From the NCBI GenBank assembly GCA_050125095.1, contig JASFEA010000048.1:1-19734 (forward strand): a DNA stretch of 19,734 bases, written 5' to 3'. The DNA comes from a bacterium. GTDB taxonomy: Bacteria; Arandabacterota; Arandabacteria; Arandabacterales; JALGWA01. Numbering within the stretch: position 1 is the first letter of the stretch; each line of letters opens with the position of its first letter. Positions 1 through 8,039 of this stretch are shown in pieces. A program made the translations under genes and the position numbers. The notes beneath the pieces were generated by a model. That model saw nothing but the letters and a program-made list of their open reading frames with translations. It was not told where the DNA came from and ran no database searches.

Positions 1-466
1 GGTCCTCGTAGGTCGCGCCGGACATCATATCCTGCATGGCCTCCTCAGCCAGGCCCATCGATCTGAAAGTGATATCCATGATGTGCAGGCTACGGTCCAG
101 TTTCTCTCTCCACTTCAACGAGCTGATTCTCGGGACCCTTACTGCATTCTCGATCTTCCACATGTTATAAGACTCACCGACCGCCGTCCTCTCTGCATCG
201 ATCCTGGCCTGTTCGGCTTCTTCCCCCATGTCCAGAATGCCCGCTTCCTCGGCGAGAATGTATCTTGCACAGATGTTCTCCACCAGTTTCAAGCGCGCAT
301 CATATGAGTCGTCGAACCGGTAGGATGGACCGAGCTGGGTAACCTCGAAGCGGAGATCATCAACCGTGAGCTCGAAGTCGCCGCACTTGACCACCACGTC
401 CTTGTCCGAACAGCCGCAAAGAGCGCAGACCGCAGCAACAAGAAGAACAAGTGAGAGCCTGACCAT
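1..466 (-). CDS. PrsA/SurA/PpiC-like (parvulin-type) foldase lipoprotein, partial (3' end runs off the window)
   Basis: Absent from the ORF track; translated by hand. ATG at 464-466 with SD GAGGAGG (474-480), open to the window edge: MVRLSLVLLVAAVCALCGCSDKDVVVKCGDFELTVDDL...LKLVENICARYILAEEA...SLHIMDITFRSMGLAEEAMQDMMSGATYED. It has a hydrophobic signal, an LCGC lipobox, a SurA/PrsA-N-like helical region and the start of a parvulin-like fold. Confidence 0.65.
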   Translation of the reverse strand, partial: MVRLSLVLLVAAVCALCGCSDKDVVVKCGDFELTVDDLRFEVTQLGPSYRFDDSYDARLKLVENICARYILAEEAGILDMGEEAEQARIDAERTAVGESYNMWKIENAVRVPRISSLKWREKLDRSLHIMDITFRSMGLAEEAMQDMMSGATYED

Positions 467-473
467 GACTTTC

Positions 474-480
474 CCTCCTC
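474..480 (-). promoter_or_regulatory. Shine-Dalgarno site of the lipoprotein gene
   Basis: Minus strand reads GAGGAGGgaaagtcATG (7-nt spacer). Confidence 0.75.
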
Positions 481-571
481 AGCGCGTTCTAATATTGGAA
501 TTCACAACCGGCTTACGGGTGCATAGCACCCTTGGGGTGTAACTACCACAGGCCTGGATTTGTTTCAAGAC

Positions 572-2437
572 CTATCTCGTCAGCACGACCTTTTCGATGA
601 GCCTGGCCCGTCCCGCGGCGAGCCGCAGGAAGTAAATGCCGCTCGGAGCCCTGCTGCCGTCGGAATAGGTGCCGTCCCAGGCAGCGCTCTTCTCCCCCGG
701 CCCGGCCGGTCCGGATACCAGGGTCGTCACCTCCCTGCCCATCACGTCGAAGACTTTGAGAGAGACGGGGACGCTCGAGCCGTAAGTGCCGGGCACGCTG
801 TACCTGAGCCTGACTTCCGACACGAACGGATTGGGATAGGTCGACACGAAAACGTCATCCACCCTGACCTCTCGTTCGACGCCGGCGTCGGCGTCTATTG
901 TCAGGGTGTCAGCGGCGAACGTGGTGTCCATTAAGCCGCAATTGTTGCTGGCGCACGCCTCGATTATGTGGGTTCCCTGCGAGAGCGGACCGCATGTGAA
1001 AGTGAACGCTTCCCTGTCAAGGTCCCAGGCGCCGTCTGCGGGAGTCGCCTCACACCATGGCCCACAGTCCACGCGGTACTGCACTTTCTCGATTAAAGCG
1101 AGTGTTATATCGTGACCCTTGCCGCTCGGGTTGTTGTTGGGAAGTCTCTCCACCCAGCACGTACCTGCGTAAGCCGGGCATGAAGTAGAACAGGGATCAG
1201 GAGTATAGGCGTACAAAATCGTCTCGCATGTCGTATCGAGGATATCGGGAATGCTGTCATTGTCTGTATCCGTCCAGCCGATTTGCCCCTTGGTGCTCGG
1301 GCAGACGGTCGCAACGCCCAGTGACTTGCTTCTCATTATGCAGAAGATCTTGTTGGTGGCGCAGCCCCCGCAGCCGCCAGGATAGCAGGAGTTCTGGTTT
1401 TCCTCGTTGAGATAGCCCGAGCGCGCCGTGCAACCCGAGCCGGCCTCATAGTACTCATCCAGCGCATAGTAGCAATGGCACAGCTCATGGGCCATCACGG
1501 CGTCCATGCTTCCGATTCCCCAGCCGTCATTGCCGTAGGTCATTATGAACCTCGGTCCCCCGAGAGAAGCATACGCGAACCTGCCGTCCGGGAACATATT
1601 GTCGCCGTCATTGCTGCTGTCGGCTATGAAGCAGAGCGATGCCCAGTCGGTGCCGAGGGCGTCTCTGATTGCATTGGCCATGTCATAAGTGCCGCCGTAC
1701 CCGAGATAGGTGATGCACTCGTCTCTCCACAGACTCTCCTGGCTTGAGTTGCGCGTGATCGGCTCATAGCCCGTCGGCACGTCATAGAAGAACTGGGTAT
1801 AGAAAGTCAGGTCTCTCCACTGGGACTTGTTCACCCACCAGTTGAGACCCGCGATTATCTCGCTGGTCACCTCGTCCTTCTCGGTCTGCGTCCAGTCCTC
1901 GGTGCTGGGGTCGATCGAACCGTCACTCTCCGCCAGCACGATCGCCAGCGACGCGGTGCCGAGCATGAACTCGCTCACGTCAAAGATCTTGGCCCCCGGT
2001 GGGTTGAAGAATATGCCGGGACCGCTGTTCTCCAGAGGCACGATATCATTGATCAGCGGCAGGGCCTCCGGCGACGGCTCTGCATCCAGCCCCATGGTAT
2101 GAGCCTGGCCCATGAAGACGTTATTCCAGGCCGTCGCTACATGTCTCGAATTCCCGTCAAAGTCATCGGGCTCGATTACGCCTCTGTGTATTGCCGATGC
2201 CGGGCTGTGGGCGTACACCCGGCTTTCGATCTCCTCCGGAATGTCGGCGATTATGATGTCGGGGAAGACGACGATGCTCACGCGGCCCCCGAAAGACTTG
2301 ATGCAGTCGACAGTGGCCTGCGTATCCTCATAGAGGCCGCTTCCGACCCGGACCAGCGCCTCCGAAGCAGTCACAGCACCGGCGAATATCAACGTGAGAA
2401 CACAAACAAGCGCAATAAGAACCGATCTTCTTAACAT
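572..2437 (-). CDS. Secreted zinc metalloprotease (HExxH...DEY, M6/M64-like motif) with C-terminal T9SS type-A/FlgD-Ig-like sorting domain
   Basis: 621 aa with a signal peptide (MLRRSVLIALVCVLTLIFAGAVTA). Zinc motif HELCHCYYALDEY at about 1451-1489. C-terminus YPNPF...SLKVFDVMGREVTTL...WDGT...APSGIYFLRL...EKVVLTR. SD TAAGGAGG upstream. Confidence 0.8.
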   Translation of the reverse strand: MLRRSVLIALVCVLTLIFAGAVTASEALVRVGSGLYEDTQATVDCIKSFGGRVSIVVFPDIIIADIPEEIESRVYAHSPASAIHRGVIEPDDFDGNSRHVATAWNNVFMGQAHTMGLDAEPSPEALPLINDIVPLENSGPGIFFNPPGAKIFDVSEFMLGTASLAIVLAESDGSIDPSTEDWTQTEKDEVTSEIIAGLNWWVNKSQWRDLTFYTQFFYDVPTGYEPITRNSSQESLWRDECITYLGYGGTYDMANAIRDALGTDWASLCFIADSSNDGDNMFPDGRFAYASLGGPRFIMTYGNDGWGIGSMDAVMAHELCHCYYALDEYYEAGSGCTARSGYLNEENQNSCYPGGCGGCATNKIFCIMRSKSLGVATVCPSTKGQIGWTDTDNDSIPDILDTTCETILYAYTPDPCSTSCPAYAGTCWVERLPNNNPSGKGHDITLALIEKVQYRVDCGPWCEATPADGAWDLDREAFTFTCGPLSQGTHIIEACASNNCGLMDTTFAADTLTIDADAGVEREVRVDDVFVSTYPNPFVSEVRLRYSVPGTYGSSVPVSLKVFDVMGREVTTLVSGPAGPGEKSAAWDGTYSDGSRAPSGIYFLRLAAGRARLIEKVVLTR

Positions 2438-2444
2438 GAATGGC

Positions 2445-2452
2445 CCTCCTTA
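2445..2452 (-). promoter_or_regulatory. Shine-Dalgarno site of the metalloprotease gene
   Basis: Minus strand reads TAAGGAGGgccattcATG. Confidence 0.8.
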
Positions 2453-2480
2453 TCAACCGTACTTCCACCCTTCCGATTGG

Positions 2481-2509
2481 ATTTTAACATAATAAGACGC
2501 CTAAGTCAA
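2481..2509 (-). promoter_or_regulatory. Sigma70-type promoter (with extended -10) for the metalloprotease gene
   Basis: Minus strand: TTGACT (2509-2504), 17-nt spacer taggcgtcttattatgt, TAAAAT (2486-2481), with TGn just before the -10. It lies in an AT-rich patch of a GC-rich window, 43 nt upstream of the ATG. Confidence 0.75.
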
Positions 2510-2531
2510 AACCGTGCAAGGCGCTTGCGGT
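2508..2531 (-). terminator. Possible weak intrinsic terminator of the glycan operon
   Basis: Minus strand ACC-GCAAG-cgc-CTTGC-ac-GGT followed by TTT, about 75 nt after the wzx stop. The stem and U-tract are short, and it abuts the -35 of the next promoter. Confidence 0.25.
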
Positions 2532-2604
2532 GTTCCGGGCATTCAGTGACCCCATGAGACCACTGGAGACGGGGCAATCACCGGAGCCATGAGGCCGGGC
2601 CCGT

Positions 2605-4101
2605 TCACCTCTTATCGCGCCCCCCGGCGGCCCCGGGCCTCACCAGGGATTTCAGGAGCGATATGCCTCCTGCAATGCGCCCGGGGGTCATGCGATAGAG
2701 GAGCATCAGCATGCAGAGGAAAATCAGGGACGCGACAAGCTGGTAGAGGAAACCCGCGACCCCCGGGGCACGCCCCGCGTACCACCGGACCCCCGCCAGA
2801 AGCGCTGCGCCCGCGGCAACCGAGCCGAGCGCCGGAGCCACCCTGAACGGTATGCGGTACGCCCGTCCGGCCAGGACGAGCAGAGTCATCGCCATGACGA
2901 GATTGGTAGCAAGCGTGGCAAGCGCGGCGCCTCCCTTTCCAAGGGGAGGAATCAGAAGCAGGTTGAGAACAACGTTGAGCACGGCGCAACAGCCGACGAC
3001 GCCCGCGAGCACCCTTGTCCTGCCGGCGACGTACAGCCCCGACGCATAGAGTATCGACAGGCCGTAGAAGACCAGCGAGCCCGACAGGAGCGGGATCACG
3101 CCATACGAGCCCAAGTAGGTCTCACTCCCCACTACTGCCAGTATGTGATAGGAGAACGCCGATAGGATGAAGGCCATGGCGATGAGGAAGAAGGAGAAGT
3201 ACCCGTGCACCCTGGCGAACAGGTCGGGCGCGCCCTCCTTGGCGTGGTTGGAGAAAAGAAACTGCGGCCAGGCGAGGTTCAGGGACGTGACCGGGAGCAC
3301 CAGCACCAGACAGATCTCATGAGCGTACTGGTATAGCCCCACTTCTGAGAGCGCCACGCCAGCAGGCAGCAGCCTCCTGATCAGATATATATCCGAGTAG
3401 GCCAGCACCCACATCGCCAGGTTCATCGGTACGAGGGGAAGCCCGAAGTCAAGCACCTGTCTGGCGACCCGGCGGGAAAGTTTCAGCGAGAACTGAGCCG
3501 CGCGCTGCGAGTAGATCACGGCGCCGATTGCCAGAGGCGGAATCCCGAGACCTGCTACCAGCCCGACCGCTCCCTTCCTGAACGCGACTATTAGAAGGAC
3601 CGTAAGCGCCAGCGAAAGCGCTCCCTTGAGTACCGTGTATATGACATACCTGAACGACTTCGCGATGGCCCTTTCATAAGACAGCCCTATCTGCAGCATG
3701 CCGTTACCCAGGCCCCCGGCGAGACCGACCAGGACCAGAGTGCCGTAGGAGGCGTCACCCAGCAGCAGGTTGGACAGCCTGTCGGGGACGAGCGCGAGAA
3801 CCGCGACGGCCGGGAGCGCGACAAGCAGCGAAGTCGCAAGCACTGTAGACACGACCCTCTTCCTGTCCTCTACCTCACGGGCTTCGTTTACGAACTTGAT
3901 GAGGCTGGAGCTCAGGCCCAGGTCGAATGCGATGGCGAGCAGGGTGATGAGAATGAGGATGACCGAAGCCCGCCCGTATTCTTCCGTGCTGAGGTAGCGC
4001 GCGACTACGGGGACCAGCGCAATCCTGGTTATGCCTCCGGCGATGGTCGCAACGCCGTATGCTCCCGTGTGCCTTGCAAGGTCGCGGATACGTCCCGGCA
4101 T
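2605..4101 (-). CDS. wzx: Wzx-type oligosaccharide flippase (PST/MOP superfamily)
   Basis: 498 aa with many hydrophobic segments. Family hallmarks: LARHTGAYG, VARYLSTEEYG, DLGLSSSLIKF, LDFGLPLVP, SDIYLI, EVGLYQYA, LNLLLIPPLGKGGAALAT. Confidence 0.85.
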   Translation of the reverse strand: MPGRIRDLARHTGAYGVATIAGGITRIALVPVVARYLSTEEYGRASVILILITLLAIAFDLGLSSSLIKFVNEAREVEDRKRVVSTVLATSLLVALPAVAVLALVPDRLSNLLLGDASYGTLVLVGLAGGLGNGMLQIGLSYERAIAKSFRYVIYTVLKGALSLALTVLLIVAFRKGAVGLVAGLGIPPLAIGAVIYSQRAAQFSLKLSRRVARQVLDFGLPLVPMNLAMWVLAYSDIYLIRRLLPAGVALSEVGLYQYAHEICLVLVLPVTSLNLAWPQFLFSNHAKEGAPDLFARVHGYFSFFLIAMAFILSAFSYHILAVVGSETYLGSYGVIPLLSGSLVFYGLSILYASGLYVAGRTRVLAGVVGCCAVLNVVLNLLLIPPLGKGGAALATLATNLVMAMTLLVLAGRAYRIPFRVAPALGSVAAGAALLAGVRWYAGRAPGVAGFLYQLVASLIFLCMLMLLYRMTPGRIAGGISLLKSLVRPGAAGGRDKR

Positions 4102-4103
4102 GT

Positions 4104-5219
4104 TCAGCTCTTGTCTCTCAGTAGGTTGCCCTCATCGTCCACCCAGCCGAGCTCGCGATACATGGCGTAAATGCTCCTGGTGACCGTGGCGGCGTCATGA
4201 TACTTGAGGGCGAAGGCCCGCCCCTGCTTTCCCTTCTCGCGTCTCAGGTCCCTGTTCAGGATGACCTCTTCGAGCCTCGCCGCGAGGGTGTCGGGATTGA
4301 CTACGACGAAGGGATGGTCGGGAAGAAACGCAGCGAAGTCGGGCGTGAAACTCGTAAGCGTGGGTATGCCCATGGACAACGTCTCGAGCGAATTTACCCC
4401 ATAGCCCGTCCCGCCCCTGTCCCCAACCTGATCGATGGCTATGTCGCAGGTAGCCTTTATCTCGATGGCCTCGGCATGGGGCCGGCCCTCTATAAGAACC
4501 ATCTCGACATTGTGTTTGCGCTCCATCTCCTTCACCACTTCTATTATCCTCTCGGTGCCCTTAAGGCTCCTGTTCCTCGGAGCGTGGCAGATCCTCAGGC
4601 GGTCGTTCTCCTTCTCGCGCGTCGCGAACCTCTCCACCTCGAATGGAAGGAAACTGAATCTCAAACCCGGGTGCAGCGCGAGGTGGTCGAACTCGGTGGT
4701 TATGTTGAGGTCGCTCAAACGGTCGATCTCGGGGATAATGCCGCGGTCGCGGATATCCGTGCCCAGGTAATAGCATACTATCTTCTTGCCCATGGCCTTC
4801 AGCCTCTTGATGAGCCTCGAGTCCCTGAAGAAGCCCGCGCCGCTCTCCAGATGGTAGATATCGAAGTTCAGAAGGTCGTGCTTCCTGACCGCGCTGTATA
4901 TCCTGGGCGCCCAGAGGGCGTCGCGCAGGGTGAAGAGCGTGCTCTCGAAGCGGCTTCGCGGACGCCATACCCTCCCCTCCTCGGTGTCAACGCTCTTGCT
5001 CGCCTGCGAGTGAAGCGAGTTCATTACGCGCTTGAGCAACATGTCGAAAGCGCTGCCGCGCACCAGGGGCAGGTTAAGGCATATGTCCTCCTCGAACTCG
5101 CTCGCGCAGCGCGAAAGCGTTACGAGCCTCGAGTAATTCCCGAACTTGTTGTGGTATTTGACGAAGGTGGAGGCGGTACCGACCCAGTTCTGGTCGCAAA
5201 GGTGAAGGATCCTGAGCAA
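4104..5219 (-). CDS. GT-B fold glycosyltransferase (GT4-like)
   Basis: N-terminal LRILHL; C-terminal HAPRNRSLKGT...CDIAIDQ...GYGVNSLETLSMGIP. Start placed at TTG 5217-5219, 7 nt after GGAGAGGAG; the ORF track uses a TTG at 5240. Confidence 0.75.
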   Translation of the reverse strand: MLRILHLCDQNWVGTASTFVKYHNKFGNYSRLVTLSRCASEFEEDICLNLPLVRGSAFDMLLKRVMNSLHSQASKSVDTEEGRVWRPRSRFESTLFTLRDALWAPRIYSAVRKHDLLNFDIYHLESGAGFFRDSRLIKRLKAMGKKIVCYYLGTDIRDRGIIPEIDRLSDLNITTEFDHLALHPGLRFSFLPFEVERFATREKENDRLRICHAPRNRSLKGTERIIEVVKEMERKHNVEMVLIEGRPHAEAIEIKATCDIAIDQVGDRGGTGYGVNSLETLSMGIPTLTSFTPDFAAFLPDHPFVVVNPDTLAARLEEVILNRDLRREKGKQGRAFALKYHDAATVTRSIYAMYRELGWVDDEGNLLRDKS

Positions 5220-5220
5220 C

Positions 5221-5958
5221 TTACCGCTCCTCTCCGACAAGTCTCAGTATGTTGCCTCCCAGTATGAGGGCCCGGTCCCCATCGTCCACCTTGAGAGCGT
5301 CTATGACGCCCATGTACATGCGGGGATGGCCAAGCGGGAAGTCGCTGCCGAATATCACCCTGTCTGCGCCCAGCGCGTCGACGGCCTTCTGCACGGCCCA
5401 GTACTCGCGTACGCCCTCCGTTCCGAGAAAGACATTGTCGAGCCCGTCCCGCACAATGCCCTCGATAGTCCCCATCTCGAGCTCGGGGGTGTCGCCTCCC
5501 ATATGCGAGAGTATGAATGCCGCGGCCGGGCGTGCGCGGGCGGCCTGAAGCGCCAGCTTGTAGCTGGACATCTCCTGCCACCTGCCGCAATGCACCATCA
5601 CAGGAAGGCCCTCTGCCTCAGCGTAGTCGAGAATCGGCTCCGCCGCGGGGTCCGTGATCCTTATCCTGTCCACCGAGGGGTGCAGCTTTATTCCGTCTAT
5701 GCTCTCTCGCCTTGACTTCAGGTAATCGAGGTCTCCGGGCACGGCCGGATTCACCCACGGGAAGAACCAGTAACGCTTATGCGCCCGCGCGATGAAGTCC
5801 ATGACCTCGTCATTCCGCTTCAGGTCGGTAGAGGTGAGGACGCCGCCCTCAATGCCGCAGTCTTCGAGACAGGCGTCAATCTCTTCATAGGGCACGCCGC
5901 GGCCGAGGAAGTTTCCGGGGCTCCAGAAGCCCGCGTGGATGTGCCCGTCGATTATCAT
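5221..5958 (-). CDS. Amidohydrolase-superfamily (TIM-barrel) metal-dependent hydrolase
   Basis: 245 aa with motifs IIDGHIH, GIKLHP, PVMVHCG, ILSHMG, RVIFGSDFP, ILGGN. ATGA overlap with the upstream gene. Confidence 0.85.
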   Translation of the reverse strand: MIIDGHIHAGFWSPGNFLGRGVPYEEIDACLEDCGIEGGVLTSTDLKRNDEVMDFIARAHKRYWFFPWVNPAVPGDLDYLKSRRESIDGIKLHPSVDRIRITDPAAEPILDYAEAEGLPVMVHCGRWQEMSSYKLALQAARARPAAAFILSHMGGDTPELEMGTIEGIVRDGLDNVFLGTEGVREYWAVQKAVDALGADRVIFGSDFPLGHPRMYMGVIDALKVDDGDRALILGGNILRLVGEER

Positions 5959-6920
5959 GCCGTCTCCCCTGAAAGGTCGAGCCTGTAATGCTCTCTCACA
6001 TAAGTTATGGACCCGAACTTGGACTTGAACTGCACAAGTCCCCAGTTAATGTCCGTGCCCCTGGACACCGTGCCCAGATCGAAGAAGGCGACGTTCCTTT
6101 GCTTTAGCCACTGTACCGCCCGGTAAAGCGTGCCTTCCGCTACCGGCAGAGGCCTCCGGTCGGGATCGTCGCAGATATAGAAGGCGAGCCCCGCGCGCTC
6201 GCTGCAAAGCATGACGAGGGAGCCCCCGACCACTTCACCGCCCGCTCTCGCCTCGAAGACAACCACCCTGTCGGGAAAGGCCCTCACCAGGTGCCTGATC
6301 TCCTCGAGGCTGTGCGTGGGTTCCATGCCCTTCGCGGCCAGGTTCTTGGTAAGGACTCCATAGAACCCCTCGATATCGCCATTGCCGGCGGGCTCGACCT
6401 CAAGCCCGCTCCTCTCGGCCCTGCGGAGGTTGCGCGCCAGAACGTCATGGGGCGCGCCGCCGTCGAAGACTTCCAGCGGCACTACGGATGTCGCATCCCT
6501 CGAATGCAGCCTGTACCCGGACGCGGTCATCAGGTAGCGCAGGTTTTCGTCGCCGCGGGAGTAATAGCAGGACGGGGGCAACACCATCTCGACGGCTTCG
6601 TAGCCCGACTGCGCCAGGCTGGCGTGCATGGCCTCCGCTATGTCCATCATGCCCCTGAGGTCCGGCTTGGCGAATACGAAGCCGCCGAACGAAGCGCCCA
6701 GCGGGGACCTGAAAAGCGACCGCCCTCCCACCCTGACCCTGCCCCCGGGAAGAACTGCGGCGAGGCCCTTCTCGTCGCGCGCGGCAATATGGCCGAACTC
6801 AAACCTGTCCTGAGGGTGATACGAGAGGAACTTCAGCGTGTGGAAAATGGTGCCGTAAGGGCTGGACAAGACGAGGCTATCCCATTCGTCGACTGCTCCC
6901 CCGGCGGGTATTATCTCCGT
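5955..6920 (-). CDS. GNAT/FemAB-like N-acyl or aminoacyl transferase
   Basis: Tandem GNAT-like motifs: EWDSLVLSSPYGTIFH, YHPQDRF, SPLGASFGG, RNLRRAERSGL, FFDLGT, NWGLVQFKSKFG. The conserved-looking EWD motif lies upstream of the track's TTG (6869), so the start is placed at ACG 6918-6920 behind GGGGAGAGG. The start position is uncertain. Confidence 0.72.
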   Translation of the reverse strand, partial: TEIIPAGGAVDEWDSLVLSSPYGTIFHTLKFLSYHPQDRFEFGHIAARDEKGLAAVLPGGRVRVGGRSLFRSPLGASFGGFVFAKPDLRGMMDIAEAMHASLAQSGYEAVEMVLPPSCYYSRGDENLRYLMTASGYRLHSRDATSVVPLEVFDGGAPHDVLARNLRRAERSGLEVEPAGNGDIEGFYGVLTKNLAAKGMEPTHSLEEIRHLVRAFPDRVVVFEARAGGEVVGGSLVMLCSERAGLAFYICDDPDRRPLPVAEGTLYRAVQWLKQRNVAFFDLGTVSRGTDINWGLVQFKSKFGSITYVREHYRLDLSGETA

Positions 6921-6932
6921 AGGCCTCTCCCC

Positions 6933-8039
6933 CTATTGAGCGGTCTGAAGGGACTCCTTAAGGCACCTTGCCACTTCGCTCACTTCGTCTTCCCTCAACG
7001 AAGGATATATCGGCAGACAGAGCGACTGCCTGAAAGCACGGTAGGAGTTTGATATGCTTCCCGCCTCGTAACCGTAGGCGTTCATATAGAACGGCTGCGA
7101 GTGCACCGAATACGTCCCAATGGTCGTTTCGACCCCAAGCTCCCTCATGGCCAGTATGACGCCGTCCCGGTCCACATCATCATCGAGCAGGACGACATAG
7201 GACTGGTAGGTGTGGCGGCTTCCCCCGGGCTCCACCGGCGGCCTCACCCCGGGAAGCTCGCCAAGGAGACCGGCATAGAGCCCCGCGATATGGCGCCGCT
7301 TCTCCACCAGAACGTCGAGGGCTCCCATCTGGGGTATCCCCAGACTGGCCTCCAGCTCGTTCATGCGCATATTGTAGCCGGGCCGGCTGAACTCCGCCCT
7401 CCCGTGGGCCACCGACATTCCGTGATTGCGCAGCATCCTCAGGTTGTCAGCGAGTTCGTCATCGTCTGTAAGAACCATGCCGCCCTCGCCCGTCGTGATG
7501 ACCTTCCTGGGATGGAAGCTCAGCATGGAGACCGCCCCGAAGGACCCGCATTTCCGCCCCCCTATGTCCGCGCCCAGAGCGCAGGCCGAGTCTTCGGCCA
7601 TCGCGATCCCGCGCTCCGCGCAGATTCCGGAGATGGCCTCCAGGTCGGCAGGCAGGCCGAACAGGTCGACCGGCATCACGGCCCTGGTGTCGGGGCTTAT
7701 CTTCTTCTGAATCGAATCCGTGCTTATGTTGAAAGTCTCAAGGTCTATGTCCGCAAATACCGGCCTGGCGCCGCAGGCGACTACGGCATTGGCGCATGCG
7801 GGGAAGGTGAAGTCCGGGACGATTACCTCATCGCCTATGCCTATTCCCAGGCCCTCCAGCGCGCACTGGATCGCCGAAGTGCCGGAGCTCACGGCCACGG
7901 CATGCGTCCTGCCTACGTATTCGGCCACCATATTCTCGAATTCGCCGACCCGCCTGCCCTGCACGAGATATCCGTCCTTGAGAACTTCTTCGATGGACTC
8001 GAGGGCACCCTTGATCTCAGGTCTTGCTAGCCTGATCAT
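6933..8039 (-). CDS. DegT/DnrJ/EryC1/StrS PLP-dependent nucleotide-sugar aminotransferase
   Basis: Motifs AVSSGTSA, GDEVIVPDFTFPA, MPVDLFG, EDSACALG, SFHPRKVITTGEGG (PLP Lys), GYNMRM, LCLPIYP. Start is ATG 8039 or GTG 8042. Confidence 0.93.
   Translation of the reverse strand: MIRLARPEIKGALESIEEVLKDGYLVQGRRVGEFENMVAEYVGRTHAVAVSSGTSAIQCALEGLGIGIGDEVIVPDFTFPACANAVVACGARPVFADIDLETFNISTDSIQKKISPDTRAVMPVDLFGLPADLEAISGICAERGIAMAEDSACALGADIGGRKCGSFGAVSMLSFHPRKVITTGEGGMVLTDDDELADNLRMLRNHGMSVAHGRAEFSRPGYNMRMNELEASLGIPQMGALDVLVEKRRHIAGLYAGLLGELPGVRPPVEPGGSRHTYQSYVVLLDDDVDRDGVILAMRELGVETTIGTYSVHSQPFYMNAYGYEAGSISNSYRAFRQSLCLPIYPSLREDEVSEVARCLKESLQTAQ

Noticed and set aside
83-307. 74-aa plus-strand ORF
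   Set aside because: It is antisense to the lipoprotein gene, which has an SD, signal peptide and lipobox.
2544-2575. GAGAC repeats and weak stems (CAGTG...CACTG, CCCC...GGGG) as a possible ncRNA or riboswitch
   Set aside because: The pairings are short and expected in GC-rich DNA, and no known RNA motif is recognisable.
4197-5267. Long plus-strand ORFs (356 aa here; also 6291-7052, 7101-8030, 14225-15121, 18243-19238)
   Set aside because: They are antisense shadows of well-supported minus-strand genes, expected with GC-rich codon bias, and show no recognisable motifs.
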